A DNA stretch of 63,618 nt, counting the filler, from Octopus bimaculoides (taxonomy: Eukaryota): NCBI RefSeq assembly GCF_001194135.2. It is 5 parts of 5 records of this genome, joined end to end, with 100 filler letters (N's around TTAATTAATTAA, not from the genome) between each part and the next. Parts side by side here need not be neighbours in the genome. Positions count along the whole stretch, not along the records: positions 10,787 to 40,055 come from NC_068992.1; positions 40,156 to 48,695 come from NC_068985.1; positions 48,796 to 63,618 come from NC_068999.1; 2 more parts are not named here. One strand, written 5' to 3'. A program made the position numbers and the translations under genes. Shown here piece by piece: positions 38,298 to 52,604 of this stretch; the stretch's first letter is position 1; each line of letters starts with the position of its first letter. Under the pieces are notes generated by a model. It saw only the letters and a list, made by a program, of their open reading frames with translations, was not told where the DNA came from and searched no databases.

Positions 38298-38429
38298 TAC
38301 GAGGTCTGATCAATAAGTATCCGGACTGTTGCTATAATAACAAAGCTAAAGCACGCAGAGTAAAGCCGCTTAACAAAGGTTGACCTTGGACTCTGCTGTG
38401 CATGCGCACTAAGTTTTAACGTTCTAGCT
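38298..38429 (+). mobile_element. Mariner-type terminal fragment
   Basis: TACGAGGTCTGATCAATAAGTATCCGGACT, mariner-like TIR after TA (recall). Confidence 0.55.
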
Positions 38430-38510
38430 CAGTGGTTCCCAAACTTTTTAGAGACGCGACCTACTATTTATGACACCAGTTTATGGCGACCCACTTAACT
38501 CTTATGGGTA
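38430..38510 (+). mobile_element. hAT/Charlie-like MITE end
   Basis: CAGTGGTTCCCAAACTTTTT terminus. Confidence 0.5.
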
Positions 38511-39717
38511 AAAACATTAATGAAAGAAACAAATTTTTATAACTGTTTCAACGTCTCCATACCCTATAGGCAGGTATTAACTCTAATACAAAGCCTCGAA
38601 GCAGTAACTGTTATCGGCTCGATCAGTGTTGTACTGCGCCTAGTTAAAGTTCTCTATAAATAGGTAAAAACAGACTTTTCCTTTTTACGATTATGTACGA
38701 ATAAATAACTTGAGAAAATGACCACCTCTGATTTGTTAAGTTCGTGAAAAAAGCCTACTGCTTGATAAAACAACCAGTCTGATATTGAAAACATGAGTCN
38801 NNNNNNNNNNNNNNNNNNNNNNNNNNNNNNNNNNNNNNNNNNNNNNNNNNNNNNNNNNNNNNNNNNNNNNNNNNNNNNNNNNNNNNNNNNNNNNNNNNNN
38901 NNNNNNNNNNNNNNNNNNNNNNNNNNNNNNNNNNNNNNNNNNNNNNNNNNNNNNNNNNNNNNNNNNNNNNNNNNNNNNNNNNNNNNNNNNNNNNNNNNNN
39001 NNNNNNNNNNNNNNNNNNNNNNNNNNNNNNNNNNNNNNNNNNNNNNNNNNNNNNNNNNNNNNNNNNNNNNNNNNNNNNNNNNNNNNNNNNNNNNNNNNNN
39101 NNNNNNNNNNNNNNNNNNNNNNNNNNNNNNNNNNNNNNNNNNNNNNNNNNNNNNNNNNNNNNNNNNNNNNNNNNNNNNNNNNNNNNNNNNNNNNNNNNNN
39201 NNNNNNNNNNNNNNNNNNNNNNNNNNNNNNNNNNNNNNNNNNNNNNNNNNNNNNNNNNNNNNNNNNNNNNNNNNNNNNNNNNNNNNNNNNNNNNNNNNNN
39301 NNNNNNNNNNNNNNNNNNNNNNNNNNNNNNNNNNNNNNNNNNNNNNNNNNNNNNNNNNNNNNNNNNNNNNNNNNNNNNNNNNNNNNNNNNNNNNNNNNNN
39401 NNNNNNNNNNNNNNNNNNNNNNNNNNNNNNNNNNNNNNNNNNNNNNNNNNNNNNNNNNNNNNNNNNNNNNNNNNNNNNNNNNNNNNNNNNNNNNNNNNNN
39501 NNNNNNNNNNNNNNNNNNNNNNNNNNNNNNNNNNNNNNNNNNNNNNNNNNNNNNNNNNNNNNNNNNNNNNNNNNNNNNNNNNNNNNNNNNNNNNNNNNNN
39601 NNNNNNNNNNNNNNNNNNNNNNNNNNNNNNNNNNNNNNNNNNNNNNNNNNNNNNNNNNNNNNNNNNNNNNNNNNNNNNNNNNNNNNNNNNNNNNNNNNNN
39701 NNNNNNNNNNNNNNNNN

Positions 39718-39789
<72 letters not shown>

Positions 39790-39889
39790 AATGACATCAC
39801 TAAACTTTCCTCCCACCAAGAAATCCTCTACATTGGTATTGGGGTTGTATAGAAGTGTATAAATGCATAAGAGAGAATGAGTGTATAGA

Positions 39890-40055
39890 AGGAGTGACTG
39901 TGTGGTAAGTAGCTTGCTTACCAACCACATGGTTCTGGATTCAGTCCCACTGCGTGGCACCTTGGGCAAGTATCTTCTACTATAGCCTCGGGCCGACCAA
40001 AGCCTTGTGAGTGGATTTGGTAGCCGGAAACTGAAAGAAGCCCGTCGTATATATG
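39890..40055 (+). mobile_element. SINE family A, 5' half ending at a gap
   Basis: GGAGTGACTGTGTGGTAAGTAGC...GAAAGAAGCCCGTCGTATAT. Confidence 0.9.
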
Positions 40056-40408
40056 NNNNNNNNNNNNNNNNNNNNNNNNNNNNNNNNNNNNNNNNNNNNT
40101 TAATTAATTAANNNNNNNNNNNNNNNNNNNNNNNNNNNNNNNNNNNNNNNNNNNNCATATATATATATATATGAAGAGAGAGAGAGAGAGAGTGAGAGAG
40201 AGAGAGAGTGAGAGAGAGAGAGAGAGAGATGTAGTAATGCAGATAAAGACTATTAGACTTGAAATACGTATGTGAGTATTTATATATACACATAGATAGA
40301 TAGATAAATAGATAGATAGATATTTATACAAGCATCTACTTACACTTATAGACATAAAGAAGCATTTATGATATACATACATACATACATACATACATAC
40401 ATGCATAC

Positions 40409-40486
<78 letters not shown>

Positions 40487-41322
40487 ATATATATATATAT
40501 ATATGCATATATTGACATGGACCACAATGACAGAAAACAAGAAGAGAATATCTAATACGTTAACTTGACGGCTGTTTTAAGGAGACTCAGAGCTACCTAA
40601 TAATCATGATGGTCATAATTTGTAGACGAAATATGCAAACATATTTTTGGTATTAACCGGTAACCGTCACATAAAGGTATTGCAATACGGTCGGCTTCCT
40701 TCACCAAAAGAAATTTGGAAAAAGCAATTTATATTGTGCCAGTAGATATAACGAGGGGAAGAACAAAGGAAGTAGAATGAGAATTAAAGAGAAGTCTAGG
40801 GATTTCTGCAACTTAAGAAAGAAGAAAAAGAGTCAGGACTCAAGAAACTAAGAGAAGTGGAGAAGATAAATTTAAAGTCAGTGTAGTGAAAACAAAAGTC
40901 ACTAGTGGTCAAGGTAATCTATCTAAGGAGATAATAAATCAGTTAGAGATTGCAGCCGCTCAAACAGAGAGACAGAAACGGATAGGTAATGAAGAAATAG
41001 CGTGAGTGATTGGATTCATTATTGGAGGAACAATGTATGTTGAGATAAGAGAAAATGGTACCAACAGGAAAGGAAGAAGAAATTAGGGCCAACATCACTA
41101 CATGTTAAGTAAAGAGCTTTACCCTCAATGGGAAGGATAAAAAGGTAAAAAGAACACGGTTTAGTTGTGAGAGAACAAGGAAATCTCCTACTCCCCTCCT
41201 CATCCTCCCCTCTTCTTCCTTTTCTTTTTCGTCTATCTATCTATCTATCTATCTATATATATATATATATATATATATATNNNNNNNNNNNNNNNNNNNN
41301 NNNNNNNNNNNCGGACAACAAA

Positions 41323-41356
41323 ACTGTCCGATGAACGGGACCGTGAAACTCAGAGT
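41323..41356 (+). ncRNA. Hammerhead-like variant with CCGAUGA core; second copy at 58452-58485 (minus)
   Basis: ACUGU-CCGAUGA-ACG(GGAC)CGU-GAAACUC-AGAGU; stem I has a mismatch. Confidence 0.4.
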
Positions 41357-41468
41357 AACGGCTTTTTTGTTATATTTCTGCTGCTTTTAAATAAAGCATA
41401 TTACTCTACCTCTGGTATTTGAGTACTCTTTTTTCCACCTTGTTGCACATTTCATGTGCTTACTCCGG

Positions 41469-41554
<86 letters not shown>

Positions 41555-41608
41555 TGTACATACATATATGTGTGTGTTTTACTAAGGAGTTTGTAGATAG
41601 ATATATAA

Positions 41609-41665
<57 letters not shown>

Positions 41666-43594
41666 CAGACATATACTTAGAGAAAGAGTGAGAGAGCGAT
41701 TTTTTTCAGTGACAGATACTTCAATGGTATCAGACAGAGCTCCTTTTGAATTCTTCAATTCTTTGGTATTTCAAGTTCTGTCCACTTGAACAGCAATTGT
41801 TAAATCTAGGAGCCAGTATTATACTATATGAGAATCTTATTCTGCTCTGCCTATGTAATCTTTTGTTAGTAGATGTGTATGAATGAATTACTGTGCCAAT
41901 ATTAGTTAAGGTTCCCTCGTTTTAATACTTTCCAGTACCCAACCTCTGAAGTCGCGGCATTATGGTCAATAACTTTTGGATATGAGTAGGGAGAAGGGCA
42001 TTTTTTGAAACAGATGTAGCTATGATTAGAATTCAAATGTATGCAAAGTTTTGAAATATTTTATCACGTTGACGTCGATACATATCTTCATATGTTTGAT
42101 TTAGAGTAGCCTGTATATATTGTAGCCAGTCAATCTTATATAATTGTGTAAATATAAAGAATCAGGAAGGGTGCCTCGTAATATACCACTCAGTAGACAG
42201 ATTTTCCACTCAGGATTATACAATCAGATAATATTTATTTCGTTTTTTTTTTTTATCAACTAGTAACACAATCATCTAACATATCTTGAGTCAATATTTA
42301 TTTAATTGAAACTTGGGATCCTAGTGTTGCTATTGTAAGAAGTCTGACAAAATGCATAACGAAATTAAACTATATTCAGTTTACTGTTGACCAAGATAAC
42401 GTCTAAATCAAACTTTGTTTCCCGTTCGTTATGTCAGACAGTTTCCTTATTCTCAAAACGGAAATCATTGTTGAAAAATTTATATATATCTACAAGTTTC
42501 CACCATTTTTCTCAATATATTTATTTCCATTTGAAAGATATGAGTAAATGTGTTGCTTTAACAATTTGTAGATTATTTTCACTGATGTGAAATCACAAGC
42601 ACCTGTACAGATACATCCGTCATATTTAACATATGATTAAATTCATTGTGCGACGGAATTACCAGAGACAAAATATTTGGATTGTTGTAACAGACAATTA
42701 ATTACCTGTATTCTCAAGATACTACACTTGTTACTTTGATTATTTTTCTTTTATTTCTCATGAACATGTGGCGTTAATACAAAGGTTGATAAACTAATTA
42801 GCAATAATGTGAATCATCTTCACTTTTCCTATTTTCGAGAAAATATTGTTACTTAATTATGCTGCACATTCTATTAAATCAAGAGAAATGTTGAACGTTT
42901 TAATGAATTAATGTAAGCATGTGTGCACATGCTCAAATATGGTAGAAGAAACCACGTACAGATTATAATTTGATGTTAAATACAGAAACTTCAAATTTTC
43001 AGTATATGTGAGTTTGTGCGTGCGTGCGCGTGTATGTGCGTGTGTGTNNNNNNNNNNNNNNNNNNNNNNNNNNNNNNNNNNNNNNNNNNNNNNNNNNNNN
43101 NNNNNNNNNNNNNNNNNNNNNNNNNNNNNNNNNNNNNNNNNNNNNNNTATTTGTAGATGAGTGTTTCCATTAAATACTTCATTTTCCAAATTTTTTCAGT
43201 TACGTTTTATTTTTAGACGCAAATATGGAAGATTTATCTACTCGGAGATAAACTATGGATATTCGAGAACGATTTTATGTGCGTAGTCATTTGTTATCTG
43301 ATTGTTTATTTATTTCGAAGATTGTTTTTATTACTTGGGAGTAATCGGAGAAAATGTGATTGACTATATCTGCATATGCCCTCCGCATATTCCGCCGTTA
43401 GTTGTTGGCTGCTTAACATATTTCTGCTGGTCTACTCGGAATTATTTGGTCGTTTGCTACAAGAAATTATTTGTCATTCTAAACTTTCAGTGACCTGCCT
43501 CATGTATCCTGATATATATATTTGATTTGTCCAATTTCGGTGAGTAATTCCCACCTGAGGACATTTTTGACAATGCATTACTATGATATTTATT

Positions 43595-44642
43595 CTTTTA
43601 TTATTTTAATCATTTACTTGTTTTAGTCAATTAACTGTTGCCATACTGGAGCACTGCCTTATAGTCGAAGAAATCGACCCCTGGACTTATTGTTTGTAAG
43701 CCTGGAGGTAATTCTCTCAGTCTCTTCTGTCGAACCGCTAAGTTACGGAGACGTAAGCATGCCTACATCGATTGTCAAGCAATGGTGAGGTGGGTCAAAC
43801 ACAGACACAAACACACACATATATATATATATATNNNNNNNNNNNNNNNNNNNNNNNNNNNNNNNNNNNNNNNNNNNNNNNNNNNNNNNNNNNNNNNNNN
43901 NNNNNNNNNNNNNNNNNNNNNNNNNNNNNNNNNNNNNNNNNNNNNNNNNNNNNNNNNNNNNNNNNNNNNNNNNNNNNNNNNNNNNNNNNNNNNNNNNNNN
44001 NNNNNNNNNNNNNNNNNNNNNNNNNNNNNNNNNNNNNNNNNNNNNNNNNNNNNNNNNNNNNNNNNNNNNNNNNNNNNNNNNNNNNNNNNNNNNNNNNNNN
44101 NNNNNNNNNNNNNNNNNNNNNNNNNNNNNNNNNNNNNNNNNNNNNNNNNNNNNNNNNNNNNNNNNNNNNNNNNNNNNNNNNNNNNNNNNNNNNNNNNNNN
44201 NNNNNNNNNNNNNNNNNNNNNNNNNNNNNNNNNNNNNNNNNNNNNNNNNNNNNNNNNNNNNNNNNNNNNNNNNNNNNNNNNNNNNNNNNNNNNNNNNNNN
44301 NNNNNNNNNNNNNNNNNNNNNNNNNNNNNNNNNNNNNNNNNNNNNNNNNNNNNNNNNNNNNNNNNNNNNNNNNNNNNNNNNNNNNNNNNNNNNNNNNNNN
44401 NNNNNNNNNNNNNNNNNNNNNNNNNNNNNNNNNNNNNNNNNNNNNNNNNNNNNNNNNNNNNNNNNNNNNNNNNNNNNNNNNNNNNNNNNNNNNNNNNNNN
44501 NNNNNNNNNNNNNNNNNNNNNNNNNNNNNNNNNNNNNNNNNNNNNNNNNNNNNNNNNNNNNNNNNNNNNNNNNNNNNNNNNNNNNNNNNNNNNNNNNNNN
44601 NNNNNNNNNNNNNNNNNNNNNNNNNNNNNNNNNNNNNNNNNN

Positions 44643-44708
<66 letters not shown>

Positions 44709-44872
44709 GCGGCGGGCTATTTCAGTTTCCGTCTACCAAATACACTGGCAAGACTTTGCTCGGCCCGAGGTTATAGTAGAAGACACTTGCACAAGATGCT
44801 ACGAAGCGGAACTGAATCCCGAACTATGTGGTTAGGACGCAAGCTTCTTAACACGCAGCCACACCGGTGCCT
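43595..44872 (-). mobile_element. SINE family A copy whose internal microsatellite contains an ~800-N gap
   Basis: 3' half at 43595-43820 and 5' half at 44710-44872, same orientation. Confidence 0.75.
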
Positions 44873-46584
44873 ATTTGTTGATATTTGTTAGTTCCTGTTC
44901 ATCTTAAATTGTTTGCGTTCGTAAATAACGTCATTTTTGCTGTTTACTAGGCTCGCATTTATTTTGTATCTCATCCTCTCTTTTATATTTCTAGGTTTCA
45001 TTGGAAACACTATTCTTTTCCAGCGATTGAACTACGTGTATTACTTTTGTTTACTTGATTTCCTGCATTGTGTGTTAAATGTTTTAGCCTTCATTTGAAG
45101 TTGATCTAAATATAAATTAATAATGATTCCAGTTGATGTTCTTGCGCAGCGTAAAACTTCAGATAATGCGCATACAAATCATGAGTGATTGAAATAAGAT
45201 ATCACTTTTATAGAAGTTGAGCATATTGGAAAAAAGCATTAATTTCAAAAAGTAAAGCGATGATAAAATGGTGACACTTTAGAAATTCCACTTTTGAAAG
45301 AATGCGATTCGTTTCTTATAATTCCATGTTTTTTTTTTGGTTTTTTTTTTTTTTTTTGTGGAGGGGGTTCTTTTTTCTTCTTTTTTCGTATCTGCAGAAT
45401 TACTTGTCATTTATTCATGACATTATTTTCCATTTACCTGACGATCTCACAATCCACGTTTTGGAAACATCGTCAGACTATTTTTCTCCCTTCTTCATTA
45501 GTAATTATTAACTGAAATCATGTGGATTTTAGCAGCATTTATTCATATTTTTTTAATGTGAGCTACTTCACTATGTAATCATTTTATCACATAAAATATG
45601 ATTTCAGATAAGTCATCGTATTCTGTAAGTAGGCAGGTAATGCATCTGCAGTTTTACGATTTACTGTCTGTTTAGTTATGGAGAGTAAGATTGATTTCCG
45701 TTTTCTTTTTGGGGAGTCAGTAATGTGTTAGTTCTCGATTTCTCACCAGATTAATAAATATGTTTTCCGAGAATTAGTATTTTCATACTGTCACTACTGT
45801 TCTTTTTATTTTCATGACTCCCTTCAGTTCTTGTGTATTACTATTTTCTAGAACTTCTGCATATTTTGATTCGAATATTCTAGTTCCTGGTGAGAAATTT
45901 GTTCTCCATAGGCCACACAACAAATTCATCTACTTCTTTGTTGTACGCATTGCTCTGATTCCTCGTTTATTTATGCAGTTCCTGATGAAAGAAAGGTTCG
46001 TTTTCTTTTCTTTTCATAATATGTTTTAGATTCAGGGCATCTATATCATTTCTTATGTTAGGTCAGTGGATTTGTTGCTATCTCTCTAAAATTACTTGTT
46101 TTATGTGTTTTACCTTATTTTGAATATTCCCGTATTTTATATTGTATTACTTGAATGCTTATTTATTTTTTACTGTATTTTTGTTAATTGTTATCCTTGA
46201 TTTCAAAAAAAACAAAAACATTTTATTTTCTGTCATTCTCTGTTGGATTGTTTTCATTGCGAAATCACTTGCATTGGTTTGAAGGTTCATATATGAGATC
46301 TTTCGAGGGCATTCATTCCTTTTTTATACCTACTTGAACACATAAATTATTTATTTGCTCTTAATGATAACTATGTTCATATATCATTTCTGAAGTCTAA
46401 AATTTCTCCTTTTGCATCGTTAAATCTGCTGTTTTACGGTGAATATATTTCGTTATACTGACGAAGTGTTTGAGTAGTGTATCGTATGATCTGTTTCTTT
46501 TAGTATATTTTGGATGTGTCAAAGCGAATGAAAGTTATAAACAAAGCCACAGGTTTCGCTTTATCGATATTCACTTCCATTCAT

Positions 46585-46780
46585 AAGGCAGCAAGCTAAC
46601 TCAATCGTTAGTTCCCCCAGCAAAATGCATAGCGGCATTTCGTCTGTCGTTACGCTCTGAGTTGACTTTGTCTTTCATTGTTTCGGGTTCGATAAAATAA
46701 GTACCAGTTGAGTTTTGGGATCAATGTAACCACTGAGCTTCTCCCACGCAATTACTGTTTGTGTGCCAAACTTTGAAACT
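46585..46780 (+). mobile_element. SINE family B, decayed
   Basis: GCGGCATTTCGTCTGTCG...AATAAGTACCAGTTGAG. Confidence 0.75.
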
Positions 46781-47589
46781 GATATTTCACTTCTTTCTCT
46801 TTTCCCAATAGTGTTGGTGTTCGTTTATGTTCATAATAAGTCGTCCATAATAAGTTGGGTCACGTTTGCAAACTTATTATCCTCAATGGGCTTTGCTTAT
46901 CATCCTCAATGGCTCTTGACGAGCCACAAATATGTATTTGAACAAACCAGGTGGCATTGATGTTAACATTAGTACATGAATAAGAGCTACGTTATCAGTA
47001 ATAAAATAAAGATATATTCTGCATACTACCAAGTTTCCCTTACCCAACCGTACGTAAAATCACCAACACAAAGTACATATTTGGATAATTAGGTTTTATA
47101 ATGGGTGACGAACGAAATAATATAATTATTTAACAATGAGATTCTGTTTAGAAAAGCATGTCTCTTTTGAACAAACTACCTCCTCTACTTCAAAAGAAAA
47201 CGTATGCTAATAATTTGCAATACGATCCAATAAACATTTTCCAAAAGGCTGCAAGTATTATAAAAGCTTCACCTCGCACTTAGTAAGAATAGCTTTTTCG
47301 AATTCAAATTCAAAGAACATGACACAAATAATAGCAGCGCAAAATACAGAAACAGTAAATTATTTCTACGATAAGCAGATTGACTATGACATAAATATAT
47401 TAAATAATAGTAATGAAACAAGAGAAGTAAACGCAAATTAAGTTAAAAAAAGAAAACAAACCAAGGTAAATGACTGCTGTTAACATCATCCAAGCTTAGG
47501 AACAGGGAAATAAAAGTGCTAAAAAGAGAAGTATACTAAGTGCAAATATGAACAATAGTAATCTTAGGCATAGAAACAACGAAATGAAT

Positions 47590-47931
47590 AGAAGTGCAAA
47601 CAAATCGTGTTAACTGGAACGTCTACAGGAATTGCAAATAATCGTGTTAACTGGAACGACTACAGGAAGTGCAAAAATCGTGTTAACTGGAACGACTACA
47701 TGAAGGGCAAAAGAATGTGTTAACTGGAACGACTCATGTACTGAGAAGAGCATTATCGCTGTGAAAACAACATACATTCATGAATTTATTTATTTATCAT
47801 TTTTTTTAAATACATATTTTACCTGTGAATTTGCGTGTGTAAACTGGGAATGCGTACAATGGGCTCCTCTGCCCTAGGTCTACGGAAAACACTCGGCGAG
47901 AAATGGAAGAAAATTTGAAGAAAAAAACACC

Positions 47932-47932
<1 letters not shown>
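47590..47932 (+). mobile_element. R4/Dong-type 3' end with four ~36-bp tandem copies at its 5' junction
   Basis: Units resemble LQEVQKIVLTGT coding sequence, then THVLRRALSL*; 3' UTR matches 12005-12050; ends in (TAA)n. Confidence 0.8.
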
Positions 47933-47969
<37 letters not shown>

Positions 47970-48351
47970 TAAGGCAANNNNNNNNNNNNNNNNNNNNNNN
48001 NNNNNNNNNNNNNNNNNNNNNNNNNNNNNNNNNNNNNNNNNNNNNNNNNNNNNNNNNNNNNNNNNNNNNNNNNNNNNNNNNNNNNNNNNNNNNNNNNNNN
48101 NNNNNNNNNNNNNNNNNNNNNNNNNNNNNNNNNNNNNNNNNNNNNNNNNNNNNNNNNNNNNNNNNNNNNNNNNNNNNNNNNNNNNNNNNNNNNNNNNNNN
48201 NNNNNNNNNNNNNNNNNNNNNNNNNNNNNNNNNNNNNNTATATATACTTAATAATCAGGCTGAAAAATTAAATATTAATTTGATTAATATCAATTTACAA
48301 CCAATGGCTTAGCATATTGAAAAATCTGAAGATTCAGAAAAATGATGTTAC

Positions 48352-48630
48352 ATACACATAAGAGTGATGACCACTAAATGGACATTCATTATACTAGATG
48401 TAGGCCCATATGGTCTTACCACTAAGAAATGATTGTTCTTAAGAAAATTCAGCAAACGCCAGAACATAAGCGGGCAAGACAAATGAAAAGGTACAGTATC
48501 TTTTCATTTGTCTTCCTCACTTATATGTTGGCGTTTGCTGAATTTTCTTGCGAACAACCTTTTCTTAGTGGTCAGGCCATATGGGGTTTACATCTAGCAT
48601 AATGAGTGTCCACTTAGTGGTCATCCGTCT

Positions 48631-48640
<10 letters not shown>
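48352..48640. mobile_element. Palindromic fold-back element, ~140-bp imperfect arms, 9-nt loop
   Basis: Centre GAAAAG-GTACAGTAT-CTTTTC at 48485-48505; arms pair outward by eye. Confidence 0.85.
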
Positions 48641-48695
<55 letters not shown>

Positions 48696-48795
48696 NNNNN
48701 NNNNNNNNNNNNNNNNNNNNNNNNNNNNNNNNNNNNNNNTTAATTAATTAANNNNNNNNNNNNNNNNNNNNNNNNNNNNNNNNNNNNNNNNNNNN

Positions 48796-49140
48796 CAGCA
48801 GATGACAACGTTTCCCTAAAAGAAATGGCAAAACTTTCAAAATACAAAGACCTGGAAATAGAGGTAACTCGAATGTGGAATCTAAAAATAGAAACAATTC
48901 CTATCATAATAGGTGCCTTAGGTATAATAAAAAAATATTCAGACAAATACATAACAAAACACCAGGACTTACAAATATATATAACATACAGAAAATTGCA
49001 CTGCACACATCCTACGCAAAACACTTTCAATACAGTAACCATAAGAGCATCACAGCAAACCACAGCACATACCCAAGGTACATAGAGCTGCGCTCGGTAA
49101 TGAAGTGAAAGCACGTTATAAAAATAAAACTACTGAACAA
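48796..49140 (+). mobile_element. R4/Dong-type 3' fragment, same subfamily as 13437-14101
   Basis: KLSKYKDLEIEVTRMWNLKIETIPIIIGALG; close to the reverse complement of 13437-13730. Confidence 0.9.
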
Positions 49141-49391
49141 TAACAATAACACCAACAACAAAAAGAACAACAATGGAATGGAATGTAAGATCTTCTGCGG
49201 AAAGTTTGTCTTTTAGGAACAGAAATTATCATGGAAGGGTTTTGTGCACCTGATTGTTTGTCGAAATATAACTACATAAGCTAGAGAAAAGTTAAGGTGC
49301 AAAGATTTATAGATAAAAGTATGCAAACAGACATAAAAAGATAGATAAATAGATAGATAGATATAGGTATATAGGTATATACTGCATAGAA

Positions 49392-49424
<33 letters not shown>

Positions 49425-50018
49425 NNNNNNNNNNNNNNNNNNNNNNNNNNNNNNNNNNNNNNNNNNNNNNNNNNNNNNNNNNNNNNNNNNNNNNNNNNNN
49501 NNNNNNNNNNNNNNNNNNNNNNNNNNNNNNNNNNNNNNNNNNNNNNNNNNNNNNNNNNNNNNNNNNNNNNNNNNNNNNNNNNNNNNNNNNNNNNNNNNNN
49601 NNNNNNNNNNNNNNNNNNNNNNNNNNNNNNNNNNNNNNNNNNNNNNNNNNNNNNNNNNNNNNNNNNNNNNNNNNNNNNNNNNNNNNNNNNNNNNNNNNNN
49701 NNNNNNNNNNNNNNNNNNNNNNNNNNNNNNNNNNNNNNNNNNNNNNNNNNNNNNNNNNNNNNNNNNNNNNNNNNNNNNNNNNNNNNNNNNNNNNNNNNNN
49801 NNNNNNNNNNNNNNNNNNNNNNNNNNNNNNNNNNNNNNNNNNNNNNNNNNNNNNNNNNNNNNNNNNNNNNNNNNNNNNNNNNNNNNNNNNNNNNNNNNNN
49901 NNNNNNNNNNNNNNNNNNNNNNNNNNNNNNNNNNNNNNNNNNNNNNNNNNNNNNNNNNNNNNNNNNNNNNNNNNNNNNNNNNNNNNNNNNNNNNNNNNNN
50001 NNNNNNNNNNNNNNNNNN

Positions 50019-50064
<46 letters not shown>

Positions 50065-50477
50065 CACATACATACATACATACATATATACATACATACA
50101 TACATACATATAAACTTACTTAGAAATGGATGCCTGGCGTTCAATTGAATAATAATATAAATAATATTATTATTCGTCGGCTGTCCATCTACTCCTCATT
50201 TCGAGCATTCAACGACAATATGAGTCTTGAAAGACAGTTGCTCCCATAAATTCCATCTTTCTTTTCCTGCACGACGTTCTAAGGACTGGACGTTTTCTTT
50301 CTCGCTCTTCTATCTTTTCCCTTTTAGAAGAAAATATTTCTCCCAGCCGTCAATATTTTCCTCTAATTCTGGTCTTACGACCCTTCATGTTTGTTTTCGT
50401 TCCTTTTCCTTGAATGTCTCCACTGTCCTGCTTTTGTTCCCAACTTTGACCCTCCATAAATTCATATATGCATATAC

Positions 50478-50512
<35 letters not shown>

Positions 50513-51142
50513 NNNNNNNNNNNNNNNNNNNNNNNNNNNNNNNNNNNNNNNNNNNNNNNNNNNNNNNNNNNNNNNNNNNNNNNNNNNNNNNNNNNNNNNN
50601 NNNNNNNNNNNNNNNNNNNNNNNNNNNNNNNNCACATATATATATGCAAATATATATAATCACATATATCTTATATATATATACTTCTACCTATACATAT
50701 GTGTATTTGTATCGATCTGTCAAACTGTTTCCTTGTGTGTGTGTGTGTATTCAAACATACTTTCACACTCAGACACACACGAACATGAACAAGCATACAA
50801 TCAAAAAGAAAGAAAAAGAGAGATGGCGATAGAGAAGTATTAATAATTTTAAAGCGTTTACCAACATAAATTTCTTTATTGCTTCATTTCACAAATAAAT
50901 ATATTTTTCTAACATATGTCTCTTTGAAACATTTTAATTTAAGAAAAAAGAACGGAAAGCATGCGAGAGATCATATATTTTTCTAGACGTTTAACTGAGT
51001 ATTGTGACATGTAGAGGTAAAAAAAAAGGACCAAAACTATTCGCGCCCCAAAATAATTAATGTACACACTAGATCACACGCACACATACATACAGGCATA
51101 TATGAAACATTCATACCATTAACATACACTAGCACACACGCT

Positions 51143-51204
<62 letters not shown>

Positions 51205-51824
51205 TGCATACATATATATATTTATTTATGTATATGTACATACACACACACACACATATATATACATATGCATATATATATACATATACACACACATATA
51301 TATACATATACGTATAGATATATATATGTATATGTATGTGTATATATATACGTATACATATATGTATGTATATGCATGTAGTATATATGTATTTTATGTA
51401 TTCATATATGTATATGCACACACACACACACACACACGTATATAAGTAGAAATATATATATATGTATTTATACATGTGTATATACTTGTGTATCATCTGT
51501 GTATCTATGTGTGTGTTTGTGTGTGAGCATCTTATACTCGAGATTGTCAACTCATATAATTTCGAGGACAACAACTACAAAAACAACATCAATATGAATA
51601 TATTTTGTTGATGATAAAGCTTGTCTTATACGCCTTTTAAAGAAAAAAAAAGTTTACTTTATTTTCCAATTCCGTTTTTTTTTCTTCACCGTTTACCATT
51701 CCAACATAATTTCGATTCCCTCCTGTTTATAACCTACTGCGATAATTTCAATCTAAGTTCAAATGCTTTCTTCACTTTATTCAAGATTTTTTTTCTTTGC
51801 TTATTACATACATGCATGCGTACA

Positions 51825-51870
<46 letters not shown>

Positions 51871-52260
51871 TAATCACACGCGCGTCCATATATATGTATG
51901 TAGGTATGTATACATATTGCTTATATATTTATATACATGCGAGCAGCCACTTATTTGATGTCGTTGTTTTTAGTTTTTTAGTTTTAGTTTTTATTATTAT
52001 TTTTTTTTACCTATCAGACATTTAAACATTAACAACCACATATTGAGAAATACTGCTCATTGTAGTTTAAAATTCTTCNNNNNNNNNNNNNNNNNNNNNN
52101 NNNNNNNNNNNNNNNNNNNNNNNNNNNNNNNNNNNNNNNNNNNNNNNNNNNNNNNNNNNNNNNNNNNNNNNNNNNNNNNNNNNNNNNNNNNNNNNNNNNN
52201 NNNNNNNNNNNNNNNNNNNNNNNNNNNNNNNNNNNNNNNNNNNNNNNNNNNNNNNNNNNN

Positions 52261-52298
<38 letters not shown>

Positions 52299-52516
52299 CA
52301 TGTATGTATGTATGTATGTATGTGTGTGTGTGTGTGTGTGTATGCGTGTGCGTATGTATATATATATTTCTTAAATTTTAATCCTTTTCTTCAAAATATC
52401 TTTATTGTGAACGAAAACATTCTAAGTTTACTGTAAATCACACTTTCCGTTTTCGAATCGCCGTTGAAGCTATACATGATTTACGATCATGTAAATTCAC
52501 TTGCAAGATTGTTGAA

Positions 52517-52582
52517 CATCACCTAATCACTAATTGTTCATCACCTAATCACTAATTGTTCATTACCTAATCACTAATTGCT
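52517..52582. repeat. 3 x 22-bp tandem CATCACCTAATCACTAATTGTT
   Basis: Seen directly. Confidence 0.9.
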
Positions 52583-52604
52583 CATTTATCCTAATAGTCT
52601 GATA

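Noticed and set aside
40760-41130. Possible ancient RTE-like RT fragment (KFKVSVVKTKV)
   Set aside because: One short motif only; too decayed to call
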